Notes: generated by a model from the letters alone, not told the origin. 64,000 nt of DNA from Candidatus Poribacteria bacterium (GCA_965215015.1 OZ244042.1:3008001-3072000), one strand, 5' to 3'; positions 1 through 13,014 are shown, numbered from the stretch's first letter. Translations and numbers: made by a program.

Positions 1-294
1 ATTGCAGGGCAGGAGATGGGGTCAAAGACGGAGCATCTCACGCTGACAGCAAAAGGGAAATATCCATTGGACCATATCCTGATGATTGGCGACGCCCCCG
101 GCGATCTGAAAGCCGCTCGGGACGTTGGTGCACTGTTTTTTCCCGTCAACCCTGGATACGAGGAGGAATCGTGGGAACGCTTGGTGGAGGTCGGAATGGA
201 TAGGTTTTTCAACAACAAATATGCCGGAGCGTATGAAACCGAGCTGATTGAGGAATTTGAAGCGTTGTTGCCTGAAGTGCCACCGTGGAAATGA
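1..294 (+). CDS. HAD-family hydrolase, C-terminal part (runs in from window edge)
   Basis: Open frame from base 1; HAD motif IV 'MIGDAPGDLKAA'. Confidence 0.75.
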   Translation: MAGQEMGSKTEHLTLTAKGKYPLDHILMIGDAPGDLKAARDVGALFFPVNPGYEEESWERLVEVGMDRFFNNKYAGAYETELIEEFEALLPEVPPWK

Positions 295-384
295 AGTGTC
301 TATAGATGTGTAGCGCAAAGGGAACTTGAGAAAATGGGCAATTACCCTTTTCTCTATTTTTAATTTTTTAACTGGAGCCTGTTT

Positions 385-1332
385 ATGAAAATTTTGGTAC
401 AAAGACCAAATTCAGATGAAGAATTGAATCAAATCATCCGGGATGCTGCGGGTGAGGAAAATATAGTTGTATTTGCAAAGTCGGACGAAGAGTATGTCAG
501 GGAAGCTGCGGACGCAGAAATCCTTTTTGGCGGTTGTAATGAGGAACTGTTCAAGCAGATGTCGAACCTGAAATGGATTCAATCCTCCAGTGCGGGGATG
601 GATAGTACACTGCATCCTGCCCTCATAAATAGTGACGTCATTTTGACGAATGCGGCGGGATTATATGGCTCTCACGTTGCGGATCAAGGTTTCGCCCTGC
701 TGCTTGCTCTCGCGAGGGGCATTGACCAATTCACCCGTAATCAAGATCAGCGTAAATGGGGCGGTGGACGCCCGATGATCGAGCTTGGTGGTTTCACGAT
801 TGGCATTGTTGGCATGGGTGGGATTGGTCAGCACATGGCGAGACGCGCCAAAGGCTTTGAGATGTACGTCATCTCCGTGGATGCCTACCGCACAGATAAA
901 CCCGATGTTGTTGACGAACTGATGCCGATTGATCAGCTCCCCGACCTCATGAGTCGCGCAGATGTAGTGATGATTGCATGTCCATTAACAGATGAGACAC
1001 GAGGCTTAATCAACGCCGAAAACCTTGCGCGAATGAAGTCGACCGCTTATTTTATCAATGTTGCCCGAGGCCCAATTGTTGACGAGCCTGCCCTCATTGA
1101 AGTCCTCAAACAGAGAAAGATTGCCGCCGCGGGGTTGGATGTCACCGAAATTGAACCATTGCCGCAGGATAGTCCTCTGTGGGATATGGACAATGTGATC
1201 CTCACGCCTCATGCCGCTGGTGGATCACAGCACCGCCCGCGCCGCACTATCGAGTTTTTCTGCGATAATATCCGGCGATATAGAGCGGGCGAACCACTAA
1301 AGAATGTAGTTAGGAAAACATTAGGATTTTAG
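385..1332 (+). CDS. D-2-hydroxyacid dehydrogenase
   Basis: GMGGIG Rossmann motif, NVARG, LDV, TPHAAG. Confidence 0.92.
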   Translation: MKILVQRPNSDEELNQIIRDAAGEENIVVFAKSDEEYVREAADAEILFGGCNEELFKQMSNLKWIQSSSAGMDSTLHPALINSDVILTNAAGLYGSHVADQGFALLLALARGIDQFTRNQDQRKWGGGRPMIELGGFTIGIVGMGGIGQHMARRAKGFEMYVISVDAYRTDKPDVVDELMPIDQLPDLMSRADVVMIACPLTDETRGLINAENLARMKSTAYFINVARGPIVDEPALIEVLKQRKIAAAGLDVTEIEPLPQDSPLWDMDNVILTPHAAGGSQHRPRRTIEFFCDNIRRYRAGEPLKNVVRKTLGF

Positions 1333-1340
1333 GCAAGATT

Positions 1341-1370
1341 AAGGGACTGGAACAAACAGTCCCTTTTTTG
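1341..1370 (+). terminator. Rho-independent terminator
   Basis: AAGGGACTG-loop-CAGTCCCTT followed by a T run, 9 bp after the stop. Confidence 0.8.
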
Positions 1371-1480
1371 TTTGCTAGGAGTGCCACACTTATGGGCGGG
1401 GATGTATCATCTAGAACAGGTCATCGAACGGGAAACATATCTCTCGAAGGCATGAATTGAAACTATGAGGAGAGAACGCC

Positions 1481-2281
1481 ATGGGGAATCGCTTAAAAGA
1501 TAAAGTGGCAATTGTGACCGGCGCGGGGTCAGTCGGCCCGGGTTGGGGTAACGGCAAGGCGACCGCTGTTCTTTTTGCACGCGAAGGGGCAAAGGTCTTT
1601 GCGATCGACATCAACCTCGCCGCCGCCGAAGAGACGCAGGAGATTATCGATCAAGAGAGAGGGGATTGTACCGCCCATCAGATGGATGTCTCCAAGTCTG
1701 AGGCGGTCCCGGCGATGGTGGAACGCTGCCTTGAAACTTACGGACGTATTGACATCCTTCACAATAACGTCGGTATTCTTGAAATCGGTGGTCCTGTTGA
1801 AGCGAGCGAAGAGAGTTGGGATTTCGTCAACAACGTCAACCTCAAGAGTATCTTCTTGACCTGTAAATATGTACTGCCCCAAATGGAGCGGCAGGGAGGG
1901 GGCGTCATTGTCAATATTTCCTCCATAGCTGGCATCCGCTGGCTGGGGGTGCCCTACATCTCTTACAGCACAACCAAAGGGGCAATCAGGCAGTTCACCC
2001 AGAGCATTGCTATGCAGTACGCGAAAAAGAACATCCGAGCCAACAGCATTCTGCCCGGTTTCATGAACACACCGATGGTGGTGAAGTCACTTGCCGATAG
2101 CTATGCGGACGGAGATGTAGAGAAAATGATTGAGGTACGGAATGCTCTCTGTCCCACCGGAAAGATGGGTGATGCTTGGGATGTGGCGTATGCTGCTCTG
2201 TTTCTCGCCTCAGACGAAGCAAAATACATCACCGGCACCGAACTTGTCGTTGATGGTGGGGCGAGTTGTAAATGCGTTTGA
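1481..2281 (+). CDS. SDR-family oxidoreductase
   Basis: VTGAG..G.G, NNVG, YSTTK catalytic motif, ITGTELVVDGG. Confidence 0.93.
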   Translation: MGNRLKDKVAIVTGAGSVGPGWGNGKATAVLFAREGAKVFAIDINLAAAEETQEIIDQERGDCTAHQMDVSKSEAVPAMVERCLETYGRIDILHNNVGILEIGGPVEASEESWDFVNNVNLKSIFLTCKYVLPQMERQGGGVIVNISSIAGIRWLGVPYISYSTTKGAIRQFTQSIAMQYAKKNIRANSILPGFMNTPMVVKSLADSYADGDVEKMIEVRNALCPTGKMGDAWDVAYAALFLASDEAKYITGTELVVDGGASCKCV

Positions 2282-2294
2282 GAAGGAGAGCGAC

Positions 2295-3386
2295 ATGGCG
2301 AAGTATCGTGCAGGGGTTATCGGGCTGGGGTGGATGGGACTGCTCTCCGACCTTGCCGAACGGATTTGGGCTCCGTACAACGTCGATGATGTGGATCGTC
2401 CTACCCCTAAACTCGATATCCACCGTAGATTTCACTTCCACCAACATCATGTACCTCATAGCTGGGCAGAAGTAATGTGGGACCGGCTGGAGGTTGACTT
2501 AGTCGCCGGAGCAGATCGCGACCGGAAGCGGTTGAAAACATTTGGAGAACGCTACGGCGAAGTTGCACTTTACACCGACGCGACTGAGATGTTGCACACG
2601 GAGGCACTCGACATTGTCGCCATTGCTACTAACACAAAAGGGCGCGCTGATTTAACCTGCCTGGCAGTCGCGTGCGGCGTGAAGGGAATTGCGACTGAAA
2701 AACCGATGGCGCACACGCTGGAGGAAGCCGACCGCATGGTTGAGACATGCGCCGCTGCCGGTGTGCCACTCTGCTGCGGTGCGATCCCGGTGAACCATCC
2801 CTCTTACGCTAAAGCGAAGGAATTGGTCAGCAGGGGCACCATTGGCGAGATTCTCTCCATTGAGGCGGAAGGACCAACCTCACAGAAGCAATATTGGTCC
2901 TATTTTGTTGATAGTGCCCCCGCGTGGGTTATCGGTGTTGGTGATCAACCCCGACGTGAATCAGGCAGCGATGAGTTCACCGGACAGGGGTTGATGGTTA
3001 CTGTGGATGGCAAGTTTATCCATTTCCGAAAGGGAGCGGATGTAATCCGTCTGACCGGTGCTGATGGCGAGATACAATTTCACACAGGGCATCCGGGTGG
3101 TTGGCGGTTAGGGCAGGACATTGATACGCCTGAAGGACAGAGGCGTATAGAGATGCCGTGGCCTCCACCTCAATTTATCGGTGGGTATAACGCAGTCTAT
3201 GGACTAGCAGACATTATCGACTGTCTCGAAGGTAGACTTGATGAACCCAAGAACTCCGGTAGGCGGGTTGCCGTGGCACTTGAAGTTGAACTCGGACTAA
3301 AGCAGTCCTCCGCACGGGGAGGTGTGCGCCTTGACTTGCCGCTCAAGGACCGCTCATTGGGTCTTCATTATGATTGGTTCAGATAG
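2295..3386 (+). CDS. Gfo/Idh/MocA-family oxidoreductase
   Basis: GVIGLGWMG, EKPMA; AAGGAG RBS before ATG at 2295. Confidence 0.85.
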   Translation: MAKYRAGVIGLGWMGLLSDLAERIWAPYNVDDVDRPTPKLDIHRRFHFHQHHVPHSWAEVMWDRLEVDLVAGADRDRKRLKTFGERYGEVALYTDATEMLHTEALDIVAIATNTKGRADLTCLAVACGVKGIATEKPMAHTLEEADRMVETCAAAGVPLCCGAIPVNHPSYAKAKELVSRGTIGEILSIEAEGPTSQKQYWSYFVDSAPAWVIGVGDQPRRESGSDEFTGQGLMVTVDGKFIHFRKGADVIRLTGADGEIQFHTGHPGGWRLGQDIDTPEGQRRIEMPWPPPQFIGGYNAVYGLADIIDCLEGRLDEPKNSGRRVAVALEVELGLKQSSARGGVRLDLPLKDRSLGLHYDWFR

Positions 3387-3481
3387 GATTTCTGCTTGGG
3401 TATTACCATTGAATCACACCGTGGTAATATGTTAAAATTTAATTTGATCGGAGCAAGGGTGACTTACTCACGCAGTACTGC

Positions 3482-4329
3482 ATGAAAATCAGTATTAGAA
3501 GGAAGTGTGTGAAAACCATGAAAACCTTATGTCAAACACGGGGCAATTTATCAACGGGTCTACTAATCTTCGTTTGTGCAAGCATCATGTTGTGGCATGT
3601 CAGCACTGACGTTGAAGGACGTATTTGGTCTGGTACGAGGCATATAGATCGACACATCGATGCCCGGTTAAAAGAAGAAGAAATTAAACCATCAAAACAA
3701 TCCAGTGACGCTGAATTTTTGAGGCGTGTGCATTTGGATCTGATATGATTCACGGATATGATCTCCGGTACTTGATGCGGACCCTCCTTAATACCAAAAC
3801 CTATCAACGTACCTCTGAGACGAATAAAAGCAATCAATATGACGACCTCTATTATTCGCACACCTACGTTAAACCGTTGACTGCGGAGCAGTTCTTCTAT
3901 TCAATGTTAGAATCAACCGGGTTTGAGCGACTTCAAAAGCGGCGAGATCGGGGTCAACTGGAAAGCATGAAACGCCGCTATTTGGAACGGTTTCTTTTTC
4001 TGATTGATAACGGCGAGATGGAGGAAATCGAAGCGTTTAACGGCACAGTTCCGCAAGCTTTGATGATGATTAATGGGGCACTGGTCAATGATAGTGGAAA
4101 CCATAGAGCGCGGGGCGGTCTGCTCCACCACATCCTTAAAACGTACCGGACCAAGCGAGCGCGACTCGATCAGATTTACCTTACTACGCTTTCGCGTTAC
4201 CCCCGGACCTCAGAAAGGACCTATTTTGATCGATACCTGCGGTCAAGTCTGTATCGCAACGACGCACTCGCATACGAAGATCTTTACTGGGCACTACTTA
4301 ACTCTGCCGAATTTGCGCTGAATCATTAG
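3482..4329 (+). pseudogene. DUF1549/DUF1553 protein with large internal deletion and frameshift
   Basis: N-part 'HIDARL..PS..SSDAEFLRRVHLDL' joins out of frame at ~3745 to C-part 'GYDLRYLMR..YQR..VPQAL.MING..EDLYWALLNSAEF'. Confidence 0.75.
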
Positions 4330-4393
4330 ACGTGCAATATGACACATTAACCCGTTTAATCAGTGAAATAGAGGTAAAAGGAAAATCACCCAT

Positions 4394-4772
4394 TATGGAA
4401 ATCCATCCGGAAACAACTGAACTTAAGGATATGGTTCAGCACCTCAGCGATCTGGTGGTGCAAGTCTCCAAAGATGTTAACCAAATGCGTGGTGAGTTGA
4501 ACCAGATTAACGAGCGTCTCAGTTCATTGGAGGGACGTATTGGCACGCTCGAAACACGGATGAGTGTGCTTGAGACCCGAATGAGTGCACTTGAAACACG
4601 AGTTGAGACCCGAATGAGTGCGCTTGAAACACGAGTCGAGACCCGAATGAGTGCGCTTGAAACACGAGTCGAAAGACGAATCACGGATATTTTCAAGTGG
4701 ATGGTCGGTATGATGGTGCCGGTCTGGATCGGTATTCTCGTCGCCATCATCACTCAGTTTATCAAAGGATAA
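4394..4772 (+). CDS. Small coiled-coil protein with C-terminal TM helix (DUF1640/CCDC90-like)
   Basis: Heptad-like repeats ETRMSAL; ends in KWMVGMMVPVWIGILVAII. Confidence 0.65.
4572..4670 (+). repeat. 33-bp in-frame tandem repeat x3
   Basis: GAGACCCGAATGAGTGCRCTTGAAACACGAGTY starting at 4572, 4605 and 4638. Confidence 0.9.
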
Positions 4773-4788
4773 AAAAAGAAGGATTGCG

Positions 4789-6105
4789 ATGAAAACACAA
4801 GTTAGAATACCTGAAAGTGAAACGTTCAATTCCCGGGAGAAAGGTGTTTCACGACGTGATTTTCTCAAGTTTGGAGTAAGCAGTTTTCTAGGACTAATTG
4901 CGATGCAGCATTTGCAATCATCGGCGTTGACACTGATGGACGGCCTCAAGGCTCGTGCCAAACATTGCATCGTCCTGTTCATGAACGGCGGTGCTAGCCA
5001 ATTAGATACCTTTGACCCGAAGCCGGATACGCTTAACGCCGGACCTTCGCAGCGATTCCAACAAACGTGGAAGGCATCCAGTTTTCTGAACATCTACCTT
5101 TACTCGCGGAACAAGCGCACCATCTGTCGATCATTCGGTCAATGGTCTCACGTGAGGGAAATCACGAAAGGGCGCGCTATCTGCTCCACACCGGCTACGC
5201 TCCAACCGGCTCTGTGAAGCACCCGACCTTGGGTTCGATCGCCTCGCACTATCTGGACGATAAAGATTTTGAACTGCCCAACTGCGTCAACATCAATGCA
5301 CCCGCTTTTACGAGCGGGTTTCTTAGTGCAGAACATGATCCCTTTATCGTCAGCGATCCGATGAAACCGATTGAAGACCTTGAATATCCCCCGCAGATGG
5401 ATGCACGTCGATTTCATCAGCGACTCCAGATGCTGACAGATTTGGAAAAGGATTTTCTCAAGAAGCGTTCAAATCGGAGTACAGAAGCCCATCAAGCTAT
5501 CTACAAAAAGGCGGACAAGCTGATTAATTCCGCGCACGTGAAGGCGTTTGATCTCTCAGACGAGCCGATAGGGGTGAGAGAAGCCTACGGTATGAATCAA
5601 TTTGGGAACGGCTGCTTGATGGCACGGCGGCTGGTTGAGGCAGGTACGAAATTTGTTGAAGTTTCGCTCGATGGTTGGGATACTCATGACAATAACTCAT
5701 GACAATAACTTTGAGCGGGTCAAAAACCTGCTCGAAACGCTTGACCCTGCCTTCTCGATGCTTGTGACAGATCTTGCCAATCGGGACTTGTTAGATGAAA
5801 CTATCGTCCTGTGGATCGGTGAGTTTGGACGTACTCCCCAAATTAATGAGAATGATGGACGTGACCACTTTCCCAACGGTTGGTCGGTTGTCCTTGCGGG
5901 GGGTGGAATTCGCGGTGGACAGGTGATTGGTGCTACCGATACGGAAGGAATAGAGGTTGTGGATCGCCCTGTTTCCGTCCCGGATCTTTTTGCGTCGCTC
6001 TGTTTTTCGCTCGGTATTGATGCGGAGGATCAAAATTACTCCAGAGGCGGGCGACCAATTCGGGTAGTGAACGACGGGAGCGTTATTAAGGAGTTGTTTG
6101 CTTAA
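4789..6105 (+). pseudogene. DUF1501 protein (Tat signal), two frameshifts
   Basis: SRRDFLK, GGASQLDTFDPKP, GCLMARRLVEAG, GWDTH, GEFGRTP, GRDH spread over three frames; breaks at ~5050 and ~5700. Confidence 0.85.
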
Positions 6106-6232
6106 TTTGTCAGTGTTTGGGAGTCTAGTGCAACAATCTAAAGGTGCAGATCTGCAATACGAATGATGATTCCAAAGCAAAAGGAGAAATTTAGTTGAGA
6201 AGTTTACGGATGATATTACTAGTAGGTTACTT

Positions 6233-6960
6233 GTGTTTGGTTATGAGGCAATTGCTGCCGAGGCACAAGTTGTAGAGATTTCCGATCCGAGGCTTCGGGA
6301 AGCAATCGAGGAGGCTCTTGGCAAATCCCCGGGGACACTAATTACGGCAAATGATATGCTAACTGTAAGATCGATTGACCGATGGAGTTGGGGGCCTTCC
6401 GATATAGATGAGGGCACGCTTCCTTTTCAGCATGACATTGCCAATCTCAAAGGTCTTTTGGAGGCGATGCTCCCGATAAAACTACACTGCTCGCAAACTA
6501 TCCCAATCCCTTTAACCCAGAGACGTGGATACCGTATCATCTGTCGAACGATGCTGATGTAACACTTACTATTTACGACACAAAAGGCGCGGTCGTACGT
6601 CAATTTCTTTGGGCTATCAACAAGCTAGGTTCTGTTGACATTTGCTCAATTGAACCGATCTCTATTCCGAGTGTTTTCAATGTGTCAGTCAATTTTCCAA
6701 AATTGACAGTGGCTGTCGAGGTGTGAATCTCGACCGACAGGTTCGGCGAGCACGCCCAACCTACAAATTATTGACAGTTACAGATTTCTAATTGGCGATA
6801 GCAAAATGTCAACACGCCCTAGCTACTACGCAGATAGGACAAAAGCCGCTTATTGGGATGGGCTAACAACGTAGGTGAATCAGTGGGAAGTGGGGGCTAT
6901 TTTTGCCAGCCGGAGGTGGAGGATTATTCTGCCATGCGAAAGATGGTTATTCTCAAGTAG
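6233..6960 (+). pseudogene. Relic of LRR protein with C-terminal FlgD/T9SS-type-A-like domain
   Basis: 'ISDPRLREAIEEALGK' LRR N-cap, then frameshifted 'LLANYPNPFNPETWIPYHL..AAYWDG..MRKMVILK*'; interrupted by a MITE. Confidence 0.75.
6628..6819. mobile_element. MITE (192 bp)
   Basis: Terminal inverted repeats GGTTCTGTTGACATTT / AAATGTCAACACGCCC (13/16 match), TA duplication; removing it restores the reading 'GYQQASYYADRTKAAYWDG'. Confidence 0.8.
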
Positions 6961-7084
6961 GAAATGGGGATTTGCATTCCCTATTCGGAGTATTCCCAAA
7001 ACAGATTGTCGGAAGCAGCCGTCTTTGATCGCAAGATTAGATAGGTTGTAGCAAAATCTCGTTACATGTGACTGCCTTGCAAAC

Positions 7085-8176
7085 CTACGCAATTGATGGT
7101 GGCCCTGTATAGCCAATGCTCTCCCAGCCTGCCACATCGCCGCCTTTCAGGCGGTAGGGATGGGGGTAGATTTTAAGAGATCGATCTTCCAACGGCAGGG
7201 AAATCCGTTGATGCCCATGGTGGGCAGACTGTTTTAGGGCAACCGCAATTTCCAATGCTTGACGGTAATCGTGTCCACTGCACAGGGCATCTTCGCTGGT
7301 ATCTACTGCCCTCATAAGCCGTTCAATGGCTGACGTAAACCCGTCTTTTCGAGGACTATCCAGAAATTCCGGCTGAACTGGCGTTGAAGTAGCCCCTTGT
7401 CCTTGAATAAGGACTGGTTTGGGAGAGCTAATCCATACCCGTCCATTCTCACCGGTAACTGAAACAGGGCAGAATACTTTCTGATCGATTTGTGGCTTGA
7501 CGATTTCGCAAACGATCCCACCGGATAGCCCCAAACGACCATAAGCAGGAGAATCGGTCTCTACCGCTGGAAATTCGACAGGCGGCATCCAGCCGGATTG
7601 CGGTGGTAATGCCCATCCTTCTGCCCATTCGATCTCCATGCGAGTGAGCAGCCGCATGATGGTCAGTTGAACACACCCACCACCCGACACCTCTGTCGGC
7701 AGCCCACCGGGAATCGCTGCACCGGTCAGTTGACCGATATTGCCCGCACGAATCCAATCGGCGGTCTCTAACAAATAGGGCGCGTCCCAGTAACCCGTCC
7801 CGCAGCCGAAGGCGGTTCCCCGTTCTCGGCAGGTACGCACCATCTCATCCGCCTGCAATAGCTCAACGGCTATCGGCTTTTCGCATGAAACCGCCTTAAC
7901 ACCCGCTTCAGCGCAGGCGATGACCGTCTCAGGATTATGTCCGACGGGCAAAATAACTGAGACGATGTCAGGCACCTCTTTGGCAAAGAGTTCGTCCACT
8001 GTATCAAAGACGCTCTTGATACCATAATGGTCAGCGAAGGCACCCCGTCTGTCCCGGGCGCGGTCTACCAGTGCGACAATTTCGCACTCTGGATGGTTGG
8101 CGTAAGCGCGCAAATAAAAACGTCCCCAGGTCCCAGCACCCCCGACAACTGCAACGCTGTATTTTTTCGTTGGCAA
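7085..8176 (-). CDS. Gfo/Idh/MocA-family oxidoreductase
   Basis: VVGGAGTWG, CEKPIA; TTG start after AAGGAG. Confidence 0.85.
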   Translation of the reverse strand: MPTKKYSVAVVGGAGTWGRFYLRAYANHPECEIVALVDRARDRRGAFADHYGIKSVFDTVDELFAKEVPDIVSVILPVGHNPETVIACAEAGVKAVSCEKPIAVELLQADEMVRTCRERGTAFGCGTGYWDAPYLLETADWIRAGNIGQLTGAAIPGGLPTEVSGGGCVQLTIMRLLTRMEIEWAEGWALPPQSGWMPPVEFPAVETDSPAYGRLGLSGGIVCEIVKPQIDQKVFCPVSVTGENGRVWISSPKPVLIQGQGATSTPVQPEFLDSPRKDGFTSAIERLMRAVDTSEDALCSGHDYRQALEIAVALKQSAHHGHQRISLPLEDRSLKIYPHPYRLKGGDVAGWESIGYTGPPSIA

Positions 8177-8252
8177 GATGAAACTCCTTTCGTACCTTAG
8201 CATGTACATCGCAGTGAAAACTAGACAACTAGACGGTTGAGCCACCCGTTCA

Positions 8253-9371
8253 TCAAAACCGGTCGGGCCACCAAACGTGCGGATAGCCGAGTGGAAAGAG
8301 GGTTTCCAAAATGGGAATAATTCCCCCGGTTACGGAAACATCGGGATCAATGGCAAGATCTTCGATGCTTCGCCTCCCCATCATCATTTGGATCAGCTTG
8401 TCCTGCGGCATCTCAAGCCGGAAGGCGTTCACCTTACTATTGGTGTGTGCAACGCGCCCCCGATCAACCCCCAAACAATCCTGCCCTAGCTCTGTTGCGA
8501 TCAGAATCTTTCCACTCCACTGTGAGAGATGGGCAGAACGTCGTAGGCGTTTTTCCAATTCACCGGTAATCCGTTTTAAGGTGCTCGATTGGTTGATAAT
8601 CCGCATCATGCCCCCGCGGTCCTTTGGGTTATGAGTATTTGTCCGGCAGCCATAGCGTCGGCAGAAGATAGCAAACGGATGGTCAGCGGGCATTGAGCAT
8701 TCAATTTGTGCTGCCCCAATGCGTTTGGCGCGATCACCAAGAAAGCGGACGATTGTCTCAAAAATCGTCCTATTCTGAAATCCAATGTCACAGAGGATAC
8801 AGTTTTCCTCCGTATCATCGCAGACGAAATAGCCGATTACCTCATCGGCTTCGTTCAGGACAACAAAAGGGTCAGCGGCAACCCCAAAGTCGCTCCCCAT
8901 CTTGAATTCCTTCCAATGGGTCTCGTCTCGCAAAGGTGTACCAGTTCGTTCGGCGTTGTTCGCTGCGTAGAGAGCCAATATTTTCGGCACGTCCTCTACC
9001 TCAAATTGGCGGATTTGATATGTGGAGGTAGCTGCTTGTGCCGCCCCTGTATCAAGCTTCACCCACGTTTCCGGTAGTGCCGTTGCATAGCCGAATTTAG
9101 GGTAGAAGTTTGGGATACCAAACAACATGGCGACATCGAATCCGTTCTCTGTCATGAACACCGTGGAGTTTTCCATGACGCGCCGAGAATATCCTTTGTT
9201 GCGGTGCTCTTCATTGGTGCCGACACCGGCGATGCCGCCCATCTTGAGTTGTGCAGTACCAAATCGCATTCGGTACTCAATAAGCCAGAGGCGACTCACA
9301 TCTTCTTCGTCTTCGGTCGAAAGGGAAATCTTCCAAACATTATCAGTTTGTAATAAGTAGTCAATTTTCAT
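8253..9371 (-). CDS. GNAT acetyltransferase (Eis-like)
   Basis: GIAGVGTNEEHRNKGY acetyl-CoA motif, FYPKFGY; 372 aa. Confidence 0.85.
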   Translation of the reverse strand: MKIDYLLQTDNVWKISLSTEDEEDVSRLWLIEYRMRFGTAQLKMGGIAGVGTNEEHRNKGYSRRVMENSTVFMTENGFDVAMLFGIPNFYPKFGYATALPETWVKLDTGAAQAATSTYQIRQFEVEDVPKILALYAANNAERTGTPLRDETHWKEFKMGSDFGVAADPFVVLNEADEVIGYFVCDDTEENCILCDIGFQNRTIFETIVRFLGDRAKRIGAAQIECSMPADHPFAIFCRRYGCRTNTHNPKDRGGMMRIINQSSTLKRITGELEKRLRRSAHLSQWSGKILIATELGQDCLGVDRGRVAHTNSKVNAFRLEMPQDKLIQMMMGRRSIEDLAIDPDVSVTGGIIPILETLFPLGYPHVWWPDRF

Positions 9372-9685
9372 AAAAATTCCTCAATTAGTATTCTTGGAGT
9401 TACGCAGTTGAACGTTCAACCCCTCCGTTCCGAGAGTCTTCGCCTTGTAGTTCGGCGATTTATCAAATACCAAGTGTGTCACTTGACAGCGTTTGGTGAA
9501 TGGAGCCGGGGACTGTTGCACGACAGTGTCGGTATCTATACGACTCACAACGCCCGATGAATTGAGCAACTACAGCAAGGACTCTACCAAGAAGCTCCGA
9601 GGGCACACCGATCGGTGGGCCCTATCAATGAAGGGCGTAAGTCCTATCTCAATATATTAACACAGGTTATATTACGATTAACACA

Positions 9686-10783
9686 TCAATCGGCGCGCCA
9701 CTGCTCCAGGGGATGCCGGCGATCAGCGAGCGGCAATTCGACACGGCGTCCACCTTCGCGGTGGGACTGATAGATCGCCATCATCATCTCAAACGCCCAA
9801 CGTCCCTCCTCCCCGCTACTCGGCGGTTGCGTGTCCGTTTCGATCGCGTGAATCATCCTTTGGTACATGGTGACGATTGGCGCATCAAGCCCCACATCTG
9901 ATAAATCTACTTGCTGCCAATCTGAGAACTGTGCCGGTGCTCCCTCCATCGAACGCGGCAGATGCCACAGGTTGTCCCTCACGTTTGCCGATGCACGCAC
10001 CGCCAACTGTCCCTCCGTTCCGAGAATATCCACGCCGTAATTCTCGCTCATTGTCTTGGCGTAGTTAATAAAGTGCGTTTCACCCCAGATACCGCCTTGG
10101 AAACCGTAGTGCGCTATCGCGCGTGTTCCCATTACCAATCCAGAGTCCCGATCTCGCGGAGACATCTCCTTTGCCTCCATAATGTCCCCGGGTCCGGCGG
10201 GTTGGTCCTCGTTGTAAACCGTTCCCGAACACCACTCCGGAGTCCCACCGAAGCAGAGCATCATGTCGGCGACATGTGTCCCCATCTCCATGAACTCATT
10301 CCCACTTTTGCGCCCGGCTTTGTTTCTCCCACGCACCAAGACAACATCGCCGATAATGCCCTCTCCCACCATCGCCTGCGCTTTCCGGATGCCGGGGTTG
10401 ACATGGTTCTGTTGATTGATAGCAATCTTCGCGCCGGACCTTTCTGCGGCGGCGACCATATCATCCGCTTCAACGAGGTCAATGGCAATCGGTTTCTCGC
10501 ACAAGACGGAAATCCCTCGCCGTAATGCTGTAACCACTGGGGCATGATGGCCTCGCGTCTGTGTAGCGACAGTGACGAGGTCTAAATTTGCCTCGTCGTA
10601 CATCTGATCAAAATCGAGATAACGCGCTTCGACGCCATATTCGTCCCCAGATTGATTGACAGCATCAGGGAAAATATCGCAGAGCGCGACGAGTTCAAAT
10701 TGGGGTAAGTCGTTGAGAACGCGGAGATGGTGGCGTCCCATGCCGCCGCATCCAACGAGTCCTGCACGATAGGTTTTGGACAT
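9686..10783 (-). CDS. Gfo/Idh/MocA-family oxidoreductase
   Basis: GLVGCGGMG, CEKPIA, MGTHVAD. Confidence 0.9.
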   Translation of the reverse strand: MSKTYRAGLVGCGGMGRHHLRVLNDLPQFELVALCDIFPDAVNQSGDEYGVEARYLDFDQMYDEANLDLVTVATQTRGHHAPVVTALRRGISVLCEKPIAIDLVEADDMVAAAERSGAKIAINQQNHVNPGIRKAQAMVGEGIIGDVVLVRGRNKAGRKSGNEFMEMGTHVADMMLCFGGTPEWCSGTVYNEDQPAGPGDIMEAKEMSPRDRDSGLVMGTRAIAHYGFQGGIWGETHFINYAKTMSENYGVDILGTEGQLAVRASANVRDNLWHLPRSMEGAPAQFSDWQQVDLSDVGLDAPIVTMYQRMIHAIETDTQPPSSGEEGRWAFEMMMAIYQSHREGGRRVELPLADRRHPLEQWRAD

Positions 10784-10894
10784 GATTGTGTCTCCTATTG
10801 TGTGAAATCTGAAACGTAATGGGTGATGCGCTTCCGGATAAACTTGTCACAACCTGTAATTGCTAAAGGACATAAGTCCTGAGCTAAAAGAATG

Positions 10895-10937
10895 AAAAAA
10901 GCCGTTTTCCCATGTTACGCGGAGGAAAACGGCTTTT
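10895..10937 (-). terminator. Rho-independent terminator after thiC
   Basis: AAGCCGTTTTCC...GGAAAACGGCTT hairpin followed by a T run on the minus strand. Confidence 0.75.
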
Positions 10938-10978
10938 CGGCAAGTGCGGGCAAACCAGTGTTTGTTCCTTCTGATTTT

Positions 10979-12907
<1,929 letters not shown>

Positions 12908-13014
12908 CTATGTGGTAAGCAAACGTCGATCGAAAAAAAACCGCCTCCCTACATAAGGAAAACGGCTCAACAATACAAGTCAGGAACAACGAACGTTGCT
13001 CTTTACTCTGAAAC

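Noticed and set aside
4572-4670. Possible CRISPR array
   Set aside because: Repeats are contiguous with no spacers, lie in frame inside a CDS, and no cas genes are present.
9381-9660. Possible small gene or ncRNA
   Set aside because: No recognisable motif, RBS or convincing structure.
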